From: a virus
Taxonomy: Duplodnaviria > Caudoviricetes
DNA: 64,000 nucleotides
IMG/VR virus record: IMGVR_UViG_3300028914_000066
Span: 1-64,000 of that record
Strand: one strand, 5' to 3'
The notes below the pieces were generated by a model. The model ran no database searches. It was not told where the DNA came from and saw only the letters and a program-made list of their open reading frames with translations. Made by a program: the position numbers and the translations under genes. Below, in pieces: positions 50,242-60,029 of the stretch (the first letter of the stretch is position 1; the number at the start of each line of letters is the position of its first letter).

Positions 50242-51432
50242 ATGCCTACACTTGATGAAATAAATGGAGTTGCAGTTAGAACTCCTGTTAGAATGAATCT
50301 TGATGCTTATGCTCAAGCTCTAAATAAAATAGATCAAAGGGATTTAGCTGCTAGAGAAGAAATGTCTAGATTAAATGCTGGTCTTGCTAATATAAAAGCT
50401 CAATTAAATGTAGCCGACTATGATTGGTTTGATACAAAAGTTGAAGAAATTAATAATATAATTAATAAAGAAGCAAGTTTTGGTAATTATGCTAATGCTT
50501 TAAATAAAGCAATTGAACTAAGTGGAACATATCTTCAAGATTCAGGTTTATTAGCTAGAATAAAAGCTAATCAAGATTATGAAATTAAAAAGAAAGAAGT
50601 TCAAGCTTTAGCAGATACAGGTAAATTATCACCTATTACAGCAGATAGATGGTTAGCTGAAAATGAATATAGATTTGATGAAGAAACAAATAGTCTTGCG
50701 ACTTATAAAAGTCCTATTCATGGTGTTAATTTAGATAATGCTTTTAATTATGTTAATGCTATGACTTTAGCAAGAACTAATCAAAGACCTTTATATGAAT
50801 ATTTAGATGTAAACGGTAATACTACTAAAGAATTTGAATCTGCTATAACTAAATATCATGTTGAAAAAACTACTTTAAGAACTACAGATCAATTATATAG
50901 TAATTTTGATACATATCTTCGTAATCATCAAGAAATATATGATTATCTTGAACAAGAAAGAGCTGATAATGAATGGCAAATTTCAAAGTTAGAAGAACAA
51001 TATGAAAATGTTACTAGTGAGGCAGAAAGAAATCTTTTAGAAAAACAAATAAATGCTCGTAAAAGATTAACAAGAGATCCTAATAATTTAGATAATGAAT
51101 TAGATGTTGTTCAATATCTTAAAAGTAGATCTGATAGTTTTATTCAAAATTTAGCTATAAATGATGTTATAGCTAGTGAAAAAGTTCAACATTATACTAA
51201 GTCAGAAGATCAAGTTAAAAGTGAAGGTCAGAAAATAGTAGATGAAACTAAACCTAAATATGGAGTTACAGTTCCAGGTACTACAGCTCAACCTAAATAT
51301 GTAGGATTTAAAGGAGGAAAAGAATCATTTAAATCTGGAATTAAATCTTTTGTTGATAAAATGAAAGGAAATCAACAAGGATATACACAACAATATCAAA
51401 ATTATAATAATGTTCCTTTCTTATCTAATTAA
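50242..51432 (+). CDS. putative ejection protein
   Basis: 396 aa helical; position in cargo block. Confidence 0.65.
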   Translation: MPTLDEINGVAVRTPVRMNLDAYAQALNKIDQRDLAAREEMSRLNAGLANIKAQLNVADYDWFDTKVEEINNIINKEASFGNYANALNKAIELSGTYLQDSGLLARIKANQDYEIKKKEVQALADTGKLSPITADRWLAENEYRFDEETNSLATYKSPIHGVNLDNAFNYVNAMTLARTNQRPLYEYLDVNGNTTKEFESAITKYHVEKTTLRTTDQLYSNFDTYLRNHQEIYDYLEQERADNEWQISKLEEQYENVTSEAERNLLEKQINARKRLTRDPNNLDNELDVVQYLKSRSDSFIQNLAINDVIASEKVQHYTKSEDQVKSEGQKIVDETKPKYGVTVPGTTAQPKYVGFKGGKESFKSGIKSFVDKMKGNQQGYTQQYQNYNNVPFLSN

Positions 51433-51450
51433 CAATAAATAAAATTAATT

Positions 51451-53145
51451 ATGTTAGATAAAAGCCAATTTAATCAACAAGAATACGATAATTATATAAA
51501 TAATTATAGGTATGAAGAAGCTGCTAATTATCTTGAGCAGTTTGAAATGGATAATGATATAGACCAAGCTCAATATAAATATTTTATTAATTCTTTGAGA
51601 AATGAAGGAAGTAGATATAATCGTCTTATTGATATAAGTAAAGATGGTCAAGCTATTAGATTTTCTCAAGATATAGCTAATGGAGTTTTATCTGATTCTA
51701 ATAATAAATATATAAGAAGATATAATAGGAATTTAGATAAAATAGGTGTAGATCCAAATAATAATAAGAAAGCTAATTATTATAAAGTTTATTTTGAAGA
51801 TAGTAAAACTTTTGATGATTTTCTTACACAAAGTGGTTATAATAAAGACGATTTACAATCTAAAGGTATAAGTTATATTCCTGAAGATGGTAAAATTGTA
51901 ATAAAATTTGATAGAGCTGAAAATAAAGATTTATATAATACTCTTTACGCTTTAGCTAAAATTCAAGCAGGTCCTAATTTTAGAATAAAAGGTTATTTAA
52001 AAACAAATAATGGTGATGATATAGATCTTAGTGTTAATCAAAATTATACTCCTAGTTCTTACAATAGAGGTGCTAATTCTTTAGAAAGATTAAATATTCA
52101 ACAACAAGTAAATACTCCTGATTATTATAGAAATACTTATTATTCTCAATTACAAACTTTAGCTAATATTGTTGATAGAACAAATGACATTGCTAGTAAT
52201 GCTGAATTACAATTAAAAAATGACATTATTTCTAGTGAAATTGTAGCTAAAGATTTTAAAACTGCAGCTCATGCTAAACTTGATAGACTTAGAACAGAAG
52301 GCTTGAGTAAAACAGATTATGATGGTTATGTAAAACAATTAGATGATATTTATAAAAGTAGAATTATACTTGAAGGTTTTTCTGATAATGATATTTATAT
52401 GGTTGGAGATAAAGGAGATATTTATACAAAAATAGAAAAACCTAAAGACAAACTTGAATTAAAACAATATCTTAATGCTATATTAGGTAATGAAACTGAA
52501 TCTCAAAGATTAACTTATCGTGCTGCTATGTCAGGTAATATGGTAGGAACTATAATTACTGTTACACCTGATATTACAAATGATGGTAAAATAGTAAAAA
52601 ATAAATTTAATACTAAGGCAGGTGTAAGTGTATTTATTCCAGATTTATTTCATGATGAATGCGAACAATCTTTAAGAAGAGATACACAAATTAGAGCATT
52701 ATTAGATTATAATAGTCTATCTTCTATAGGAAATGAACATTATCTTTATAATGGAAATATAATCAAGGAAGTTAATAATGATGGAGGTAAAATTTATTAT
52801 AAAGAATTAAATGAATGGCTTCCTGCAAATAGAGAAGAAATATTACATTATCTTAATGAAGATAATTTAATGAAAGATGGTATAGATAGATATGCTTATC
52901 TTACAAATAAAACAAATAATATAGCTTATAGAGATATACAATTTTTAGAAGGAGAAAATCCAAATACTGGAAAAGATGCTATTATAGAAGATGATATAAA
53001 ACGATATTCTTATAATGCAGTAAAAGATTTAGGTTATGATGAAAATACTCCTGAATTTGATGCTAAATGGTATGATTTTTATATAAAATTGTTACATTCA
53101 GTTGATACTAAATTAAAGCCTACAATAATAGAAAATAAAAATTAA
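51451..53145 (+). CDS. putative ejection protein
   Basis: 564 aa; position in cargo block. Confidence 0.65.
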   Translation: MLDKSQFNQQEYDNYINNYRYEEAANYLEQFEMDNDIDQAQYKYFINSLRNEGSRYNRLIDISKDGQAIRFSQDIANGVLSDSNNKYIRRYNRNLDKIGVDPNNNKKANYYKVYFEDSKTFDDFLTQSGYNKDDLQSKGISYIPEDGKIVIKFDRAENKDLYNTLYALAKIQAGPNFRIKGYLKTNNGDDIDLSVNQNYTPSSYNRGANSLERLNIQQQVNTPDYYRNTYYSQLQTLANIVDRTNDIASNAELQLKNDIISSEIVAKDFKTAAHAKLDRLRTEGLSKTDYDGYVKQLDDIYKSRIILEGFSDNDIYMVGDKGDIYTKIEKPKDKLELKQYLNAILGNETESQRLTYRAAMSGNMVGTIITVTPDITNDGKIVKNKFNTKAGVSVFIPDLFHDECEQSLRRDTQIRALLDYNSLSSIGNEHYLYNGNIIKEVNNDGGKIYYKELNEWLPANREEILHYLNEDNLMKDGIDRYAYLTNKTNNIAYRDIQFLEGENPNTGKDAIIEDDIKRYSYNAVKDLGYDENTPEFDAKWYDFYIKLLHSVDTKLKPTIIENKN

Positions 53146-53147
53146 TT

Positions 53148-56100
53148 ATGGATACTCAATCATATTTTGAACATGGAGGAGATTTAGTTAGAAATCCTAA
53201 TTATTCTTCTAATAATGGGCAACCTAAATTTATAAACAAAACAGATGTAAGCAAGAGTAATAACCCTCTTGCTTCTGCTTTTTATAAATCAGGAGAAGAA
53301 GGTTATGGTTATACAGTAACAGATCCTGAATTAATTAATAAATCTAAAAAATATGGAGTTCCTTTAACAAGACAAAATGTTGAAAGTGGAACTCTTGATA
53401 AACAGTTTTATGATGCTCAAAGTGGATTAAATATGTTATTTAATTCATTAGAACAAACAATTGTAGGAGAAATAGGTCTTGGTACACTTAAAGGCTTTAG
53501 CGAAATAGCAGATATGATAGGTAATGCTATTACAGATAATGATTTCTTTAGAGAAAGCGGTCTTACAAAAGCTATAGCTGATTTACAAGAAAAAAATAAA
53601 CAAGCTTTTAATATAAATACTCTTCCTAATATGCATTTAGGAAATGGAGCATTAACTAATGCTGGATGGTGGGCTAGTAATTTTCCTAGTGTTGCAAGTA
53701 GTTTTACTTTACTTATTCCTGCAAAAGCTATGACTGCAGCTCCTAGTGTTATTAGTAAAACAGTTAAAAGTTTAAATAAATCTGAAGATGTTGTTAATAG
53801 AGCAAAAAGAATTACTGCTTTTACTAAAAAAGGTAAAAAAGCTTTAAATGCACTAAATAAAGAAAATTATTTAGGTCTTGGAGCTATTGGTAGAGAAGCT
53901 ATAGCAGCTAAAAAAGAAATAGCTGCTAATGCTGCTTTTATGAGAACTATGGAAAATTACCAAGAAGCTAAACAAGTTAGTGAAGATGTATTTAATAGCG
54001 CAAGAGCAGAATTTGCTGATAAAGAAAAATATGCAGAATATTTAAGAAATAATCCTGAATTTGTTTCAGATTTACAACAACAAGGTATTGATATTTCAGA
54101 TAGTGATGAAGTTGCTCGTTATATTGCTAAAAAAGCAGCTAACAAAACATTTGCTATAGACTATGCAAATATAGTATTTGATGTAATTCAAGTTGCAGCT
54201 TTACATAATCCTGCTAAAATAGGTAAAAATAATCCTTGGATTAGTAGAAAAGTTGCACAAGCAGATAGACGTTCTCGTGTATCTCCTCTTAAACCACAAA
54301 ATATAGTTGAGGCTGAAGAAAAAGCTTTAAAACTTCCAAAAAGAACAATTAATTATTTTAAAGATGTTGCAGGTGCAATTCCTACATTAGCAGCTGAAGC
54401 TAGTGAAGGTGTTGAAGAAGCCATAAACTATATTGCTCAGCAATGGGGTATGACTTATGGTAATATTCTTCTTGGAAAAGAAGAGAAAGATGTTAGTCTT
54501 GCAGATAAACTTTCAGAATATATGAAAAATCCTGAAATGTGGGATGCTGCAATTTGGGGTTGGTTTGGTGGTATAGGTTTTGAAATGTTTGGTTCAAAAT
54601 ATAATCAACTAACTAATGCTATATCTGAAAGAAGAAAAGATAAGGAAAATGGTGCTGAACTTAAATCTTTTGGTGAATATCTTAAAAATTCAGAAGATCC
54701 TTATAGAATAAAAGATATCAATAATCGTGTTGCATCAATGAACCTTCTTATAGAAAGAAATAGTATTCTTCATTCTGGAAAAAATGGAAAAAATCCATTT
54801 AAACCTGATGGTAAAGGAGGTTATGCTGATATAACAAGTGATGTAGAAAAAAGAGCTGTTCAAGAACAAATCAATAGTGAATATATTGGAACTTTAACTC
54901 TTAGTGCTTTACAAGCAGGTAATTATCAATCTTTAAAATCTTATTTACAAGATGAAAATGTTCGTAGAGTATTAAAAGAACAAGGTATTATTTTAGGTGA
55001 TGATACTGATACTTATCTTGACGATATGGTTACAAGAATGGAAACTATTGCAAATAAGTATGAAACACATCTAGATAGACTTGATAAATTAACAGAAGAT
55101 ATTAATGAAAAAGTTCCTGTTGAATATTTACAAATGGTAGCTAGAGAAAATACTTTAGCTGAAATGGAAATTGAATCTCTTAAATTAGACAGTAGTGTAT
55201 TTGAAAATGAAATATCTAAACTTGAATCCACAATGTCTTTTAGTGATGGTAATGCAGCAACAGCTGTTGATATTTATCATAATCTTAGAAATAAATCTAA
55301 AATTAATATTTTAGCATATAGACTTGCAGAAATACAAGCTAAATTAAAATTAATAAATGAAGATGATGAATATAAAGATAGTATTTCTGGAGGTATAGAA
55401 ATAGGAAAACTTAATGAACAAAAGAAAAAGATATTAAAAGAAATAAGAAAAACAGCTGGAGAACAAGCAGCTGCTGCTTCATTATGGTCTATACTTCAAG
55501 CAGAAAATGCTATAATAGATGATAATAATCAAGTTCAAGTAAATATGATGACTAAAGATTTTGCTGAACTTGCATCTGCTATAGATAGACGTGATGAAAA
55601 AATTATAAAACAAGCTTTTATTAATAATGGCTTAAAAGATTTTGCTAGTAAATTAGACATAAATGCTTTTGTAAATGATGCTAAACAAGGAGAATATAAT
55701 CTTTTTATTGATAATCTAGAAAAACTTGAAAAATATAGAGAAAATAATCCAGCTTTTGCTAAACAATATCAAATTGCTGAATATATAAAATTATTACAGC
55801 TTGATAAACAATCTGATATTGTAACTAATAAAACTCAACTTCTTAAAAGATTAAATGCTATTAATGATTCTTTAGCAGATATTTATACTAGTGCTCAAAA
55901 ACAAGCTAGACGCAATATACTTAATATTGCAAAGAAGTTAGAAAATGGTGAACAAAAAATATATAATTATATATTTAATGGTGCAAAAATTGAAGGTCTT
56001 AGTGAACAAGATAAAATCTTATTAGATGAATCTATTGATATAATGGCTTTCAAAAAAGATAATGAAACATTTAATAAAAGATTTGCTGAAGATCTTGGTC

Positions 56101-59100
56101 GTCAAGGTTATGAAAGAAAGATGAACGTAGAGAAGAAAAAGGTAAGTTCTTCTGCATCTGAAAATCCCTCAGAATCAAACGAAAGTTTAACTGAAGAGGA
56201 TAGTCCACAAACCGACCATGAATCCAACACAGACAGGCAAAATGGCATTGAGGGCGAAAATACTGATAAAGATACCACACCGAAATTGCCAAAAGCAAAG
56301 ATTACTATTAATGCTGATGATAATAATAAAATAATTGTTGAGTCTGTTGCAGATGATAGTACTGGTACTAATGTAGTTGAACTTGAACCTTTAGAAGAAA
56401 ACAATTATAAAATAATAATTGCAAATGATGCTAATAATGTAAACGAATTATTGCAAAGTAGTACATTATTTGTTGGATTTGATAGAACTAAAGAAAATAA
56501 TGATAAATATGAAAGAGAAATAACTAGATCTCCTTATATTAATATAGGAAAAGATGAAAATACTGGAGATGATATTTATAAAGTAGTAAATACAGGCAAA
56601 ATTGTTTATAAAGAAAAACAACCTGAAGCTAAAGCATCAATTCCTTTTACGGGGGATTTAGATGGAGCTGATATACCTAAAGATGCTTTAGCAGATGTTA
56701 ATGTTCCTCTTACTAGCACACCTTTAGGAAAAGAAATGTTTGATGCTAGACAAGATATTATGAGAGCTAAAAGTAAATTTTGGCTTGAATCTAAAACTCC
56801 TATTCAACAAATATGTGATGAATTAAATCAACAATTAGAAGAAATTTATGGTGATGGTGATAGAGAAACATTGGATGCTGTTAAACAAGATACTCCTAAA
56901 GTTGTAATATCAGGATTATTTGGCGAAAATGAAATTAAAGATGAAGAAATTCAAAATCTTAAAGAAGGTGTTGAAAATGTAGTAAAACATTCTATTATTG
57001 ATGAAACTATTAAACTTGAAGAAGATGTTCTTAATTCAATTCATAAAATAATTCCTTATTATTTAAATAAACACAAATCTTCATCATTTAATATTGAAGG
57101 TAAAACTAAATATTATATTAATCTTAATCAACTTCTTGATGATATTAACGAATTATATGGAAATTCTGACATTAGTGCTATAGTTCACGATTTTTTAGTA
57201 TCATATCTTAATACTAATGAAGGTAAACAAAGATATGCTATTACTTATTTAGATCCTAATTCTCCAGATTTTCTTGAAAAAATAAATGCTAAAGATGAAA
57301 CTAGATCTGCTAATAATTTAAATACTATTCAAGAAGCCGATATTAACAAATTTGGCAAACAAGGTAGAAATGAATTAAATAAATTAATTCCTGGAAGTAA
57401 GATTGATGTAGAAATTTCTCAATATGAGAATTATGATAAAATTGATGATTATTTATCATTGAAATATAATGGTATAGAAATTGGAGGATTAGCTTTAGCT
57501 AATTATATTGATGGTAAATATAGTAAGTATACTCAAGGTTGGAATTATATATTATCTGAAGATAACGGTTATATAAATTGTAATTTATTAAATGTATTTA
57601 TTGATTTACTTAATGATAAACACGTTTATAATACTTTATTAGAAATAAGAAGTGAAAATACAAGTGAAGAAGATAAAATTAGACTTAAAAGAAATTTAAA
57701 TAAATATATAGCTAATTTTAAATATAATGGTGAAAGATTAGGTAAAAAATACGTATTTGAAGGAACTAAAGAAAATAAATCTAATAGAGGACAACAACCT
57801 GTAGAACATTTAATTCTTCTTACAACATATGATGAAGCTTTAGCTAAAGCAAGTTATGAAGAAGCTAAACATTTATTACAAGACACTATTTATAAGTTTA
57901 TACAAAAAATGTATTATACTTATGATGCAGCGAAAAGTGTTAAAGATAAATTAAATAGAGGAGAAAAAGTATCAATAACTGTAGATGAAATACCTGGTGG
58001 TAAATTATTACAACCTGTAGAATTTGTTACAAAAGATACTTATTCTCAATTAAATCAATCTAATATCGCTGTTGCAAATACTGATAAAGTATTTTTAGGT
58101 ATAAAAGAATCTAATGAAAATGGTAATAGTGGTTTAACTGTATTAAATGATGGACAAGAAATATTTATAAATCACTTATATACAGGTAGTATTGTATTAT
58201 CATTTAAAGACAAAAATGATAAATTTTGGCATACTAGAGCAGTATCTGTTAAATTTAATGATGAACACTTAGATAAAAATAGTAAAGCTTACGAATGTAT
58301 TCAATTTATACAAGATGAATTTGGTAGAAGAATTGATGATTGGAATAAGAATAATGATAATTTTGTTTCTTTCGTTGATTATTGTAGAAAACTTTTTTCA
58401 AAGAATTATAAAGGTAAAGATAGTACTAATGAGTCTTTACTTAGAAATGTTCAATTCAGATATACTAATAGTACTATTAGATTAGGTGATGAAAATAATA
58501 TTTTAATTGAAATTTCTAGGAATAGAATTAAAGTAAGCGGTAAAAATGCTATTGAAACTATTTATAATAAAAAAGATATAACAGGTAATGACTTTAAAAA
58601 AATAATTAAACCTTTATTAGATAAATCTATATTTAATATAAGTTATACAATACTTAAAGAATTTAGTAATAAAAATAAATCATCATTGACTAGTGGTTTT
58701 ATTGATAGAAAAGTAGTTACTGATAACGATCCTACTGCTATTCAACTTAAAATAAATTCTGTTGATAAAAATATAGAACCTTTTGTTTATACAGCTAAAG
58801 ACTATAAATCTTTATTAATAGAAGGAGGTTTTCTTAGAACAAATACTAAAAAGTATTCTTATAAAGATAAAAAAGGAAAAACAATTACTAAAGAAGATAA
58901 TTTTGATTATAGTGAAAGTAGTAAATTTAAAATTATAGTTCCCAATTTCAATAAAGAAAATAATAGCTCCCCTGTAAAAGAAGAGATAACTAAAAATGAT
59001 AGAGATATATCTAAAATAGAACAAATTATTCGTGAAGGTAAATATAATCCTATTAGAAAAGCATTTGAAATGACTAATCTTACTAGAATTACTCATGAAG

Positions 59101-60011
59101 GTAAAAAAGTTAGTGTGTTAAAAATGTTAAAAGATTTTGATTTATTAGCAGATAATATTAACTTAGACGAAACTTTAAATTCTATTGATGATAATGGAAA
59201 TTATGTTGGTCCTATAGCTGAAGTTAATGATAATCAAATAAGTATTGGACAACGATGGCTTGATATGTTTAATGAAGAAGGTGGATATAGTAAACAAGGT
59301 TATAGAATTATAGCACTTAAAAAACTTATTCATGAAAATCTTCATTTAAAACTTAATAAAGACGGTAATCAACAATATGTTAAACGTATCACAGATATCT
59401 TTAATGAATTTAAAGATTATGTAAATAATAATGATCCTGACAATAAACATATTAAGCAATTTTTCTTTGAAACTAGATTTGTTAAAAATGAAGAAGGTAA
59501 ATATGTAGAAGAAAAAACTCCAATAGATATAGCTTTAGAAGAATTTTTAGTTGAAAGTATTACAAATAGTGATTTAGCAGAATATCTTAATAACATTCGT
59601 ACTGAAAGTACTGAAGGATTTAGTAGAAATGATATTAAGAAAGAAGATAGAAATTTATTCCAAAAGATAATAGATTTTATTATAGATTTGTTTAATTTTG
59701 GAAGAAAAGCCGAAGATAAACTTAATATTCAAGATAATACTTTGTATGCTAAAGAGTTTGTTTATCTTGCTAAAGAGTTTACTGAGGCTCAAGGAGATAT
59801 ACAAGTTTCAGAACAAGAAACTCAGCAACAAAAAGTTGAACAAAAACCTGTAAATAAATTTGATAGATGGCGTAATGTTAGAGATATTAAACAATCTTCT
59901 GTTGATGAAGTTTCTTCAATTAATCAATTTGTAAACACTGCTAAACCTTATAATAAACAAGATTTATTAAAACGTATAAATAGTGGTGAACTTTCAATAA
60001 TATGTAGTTAA
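53148..60011 (+). CDS. giant ejection protein with C-terminal zincin-like peptidase motif
   Basis: EGVEEAINYIAQ and GWFGGIGF near N-terminus; LIHENLH...EEFLVE near C-terminus. Confidence 0.75.
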   Translation: MDTQSYFEHGGDLVRNPNYSSNNGQPKFINKTDVSKSNNPLASAFYKSGEEGYGYTVTDPELINKSKKYGVPLTRQNVESGTLDKQFYDAQSGLNMLFNSLEQTIVGEIGLGTLKGFSEIADMIGNAITDNDFFRESGLTKAIADLQEKNKQAFNINTLPNMHLGNGALTNAGWWASNFPSVASSFTLLIPAKAMTAAPSVISKTVKSLNKSEDVVNRAKRITAFTKKGKKALNALNKENYLGLGAIGREAIAAKKEIAANAAFMRTMENYQEAKQVSEDVFNSARAEFADKEKYAEYLRNNPEFVSDLQQQGIDISDSDEVARYIAKKAANKTFAIDYANIVFDVIQVAALHNPAKIGKNNPWISRKVAQADRRSRVSPLKPQNIVEAEEKALKLPKRTINYFKDVAGAIPTLAAEASEGVEEAINYIAQQWGMTYGNILLGKEEKDVSLADKLSEYMKNPEMWDAAIWGWFGGIGFEMFGSKYNQLTNAISERRKDKENGAELKSFGEYLKNSEDPYRIKDINNRVASMNLLIERNSILHSGKNGKNPFKPDGKGGYADITSDVEKRAVQEQINSEYIGTLTLSALQAGNYQSLKSYLQDENVRRVLKEQGIILGDDTDTYLDDMVTRMETIANKYETHLDRLDKLTEDINEKVPVEYLQMVARENTLAEMEIESLKLDSSVFENEISKLESTMSFSDGNAATAVDIYHNLRNKSKINILAYRLAEIQAKLKLINEDDEYKDSISGGIEIGKLNEQKKKILKEIRKTAGEQAAAASLWSILQAENAIIDDNNQVQVNMMTKDFAELASAIDRRDEKIIKQAFINNGLKDFASKLDINAFVNDAKQGEYNLFIDNLEKLEKYRENNPAFAKQYQIAEYIKLLQLDKQSDIVTNKTQLLKRLNAINDSLADIYTSAQKQARRNILNIAKKLENGEQKIYNYIFNGAKIEGLSEQDKILLDESIDIMAFKKDNETFNKRFAEDLGRQGYERKMNVEKKKVSSSASENPSESNESLTEEDSPQTDHESNTDRQNGIEGENTDKDTTPKLPKAKITINADDNNKIIVESVADDSTGTNVVELEPLEENNYKIIIANDANNVNELLQSSTLFVGFDRTKENNDKYEREITRSPYINIGKDENTGDDIYKVVNTGKIVYKEKQPEAKASIPFTGDLDGADIPKDALADVNVPLTSTPLGKEMFDARQDIMRAKSKFWLESKTPIQQICDELNQQLEEIYGDGDRETLDAVKQDTPKVVISGLFGENEIKDEEIQNLKEGVENVVKHSIIDETIKLEEDVLNSIHKIIPYYLNKHKSSSFNIEGKTKYYINLNQLLDDINELYGNSDISAIVHDFLVSYLNTNEGKQRYAITYLDPNSPDFLEKINAKDETRSANNLNTIQEADINKFGKQGRNELNKLIPGSKIDVEISQYENYDKIDDYLSLKYNGIEIGGLALANYIDGKYSKYTQGWNYILSEDNGYINCNLLNVFIDLLNDKHVYNTLLEIRSENTSEEDKIRLKRNLNKYIANFKYNGERLGKKYVFEGTKENKSNRGQQPVEHLILLTTYDEALAKASYEEAKHLLQDTIYKFIQKMYYTYDAAKSVKDKLNRGEKVSITVDEIPGGKLLQPVEFVTKDTYSQLNQSNIAVANTDKVFLGIKESNENGNSGLTVLNDGQEIFINHLYTGSIVLSFKDKNDKFWHTRAVSVKFNDEHLDKNSKAYECIQFIQDEFGRRIDDWNKNNDNFVSFVDYCRKLFSKNYKGKDSTNESLLRNVQFRYTNSTIRLGDENNILIEISRNRIKVSGKNAIETIYNKKDITGNDFKKIIKPLLDKSIFNISYTILKEFSNKNKSSLTSGFIDRKVVTDNDPTAIQLKINSVDKNIEPFVYTAKDYKSLLIEGGFLRTNTKKYSYKDKKGKTITKEDNFDYSESSKFKIIVPNFNKENNSSPVKEEITKNDRDISKIEQIIREGKYNPIRKAFEMTNLTRITHEGKKVSVLKMLKDFDLLADNINLDETLNSIDDNGNYVGPIAEVNDNQISIGQRWLDMFNEEGGYSKQGYRIIALKKLIHENLHLKLNKDGNQQYVKRITDIFNEFKDYVNNNDPDNKHIKQFFFETRFVKNEEGKYVEEKTPIDIALEEFLVESITNSDLAEYLNNIRTESTEGFSRNDIKKEDRNLFQKIIDFIIDLFNFGRKAEDKLNIQDNTLYAKEFVYLAKEFTEAQGDIQVSEQETQQQKVEQKPVNKFDRWRNVRDIKQSSVDEVSSINQFVNTAKPYNKQDLLKRINSGELSIICS

Positions 60012-60029
60012 TTTTAAAATATTATAGAT

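Noticed and set aside
759-59096. Antisense or alternate-frame ORFs in the track (e.g. 759-1058, 4305-4526, 6249-6521, 7487-7924, 10309-10593, 19028-19348, 35303-35758, 56108-56404, 58815-59096)
   Set aside because: They overlap better-supported genes and have the Ile/Phe/Leu-rich composition of shadow frames in AT-rich DNA
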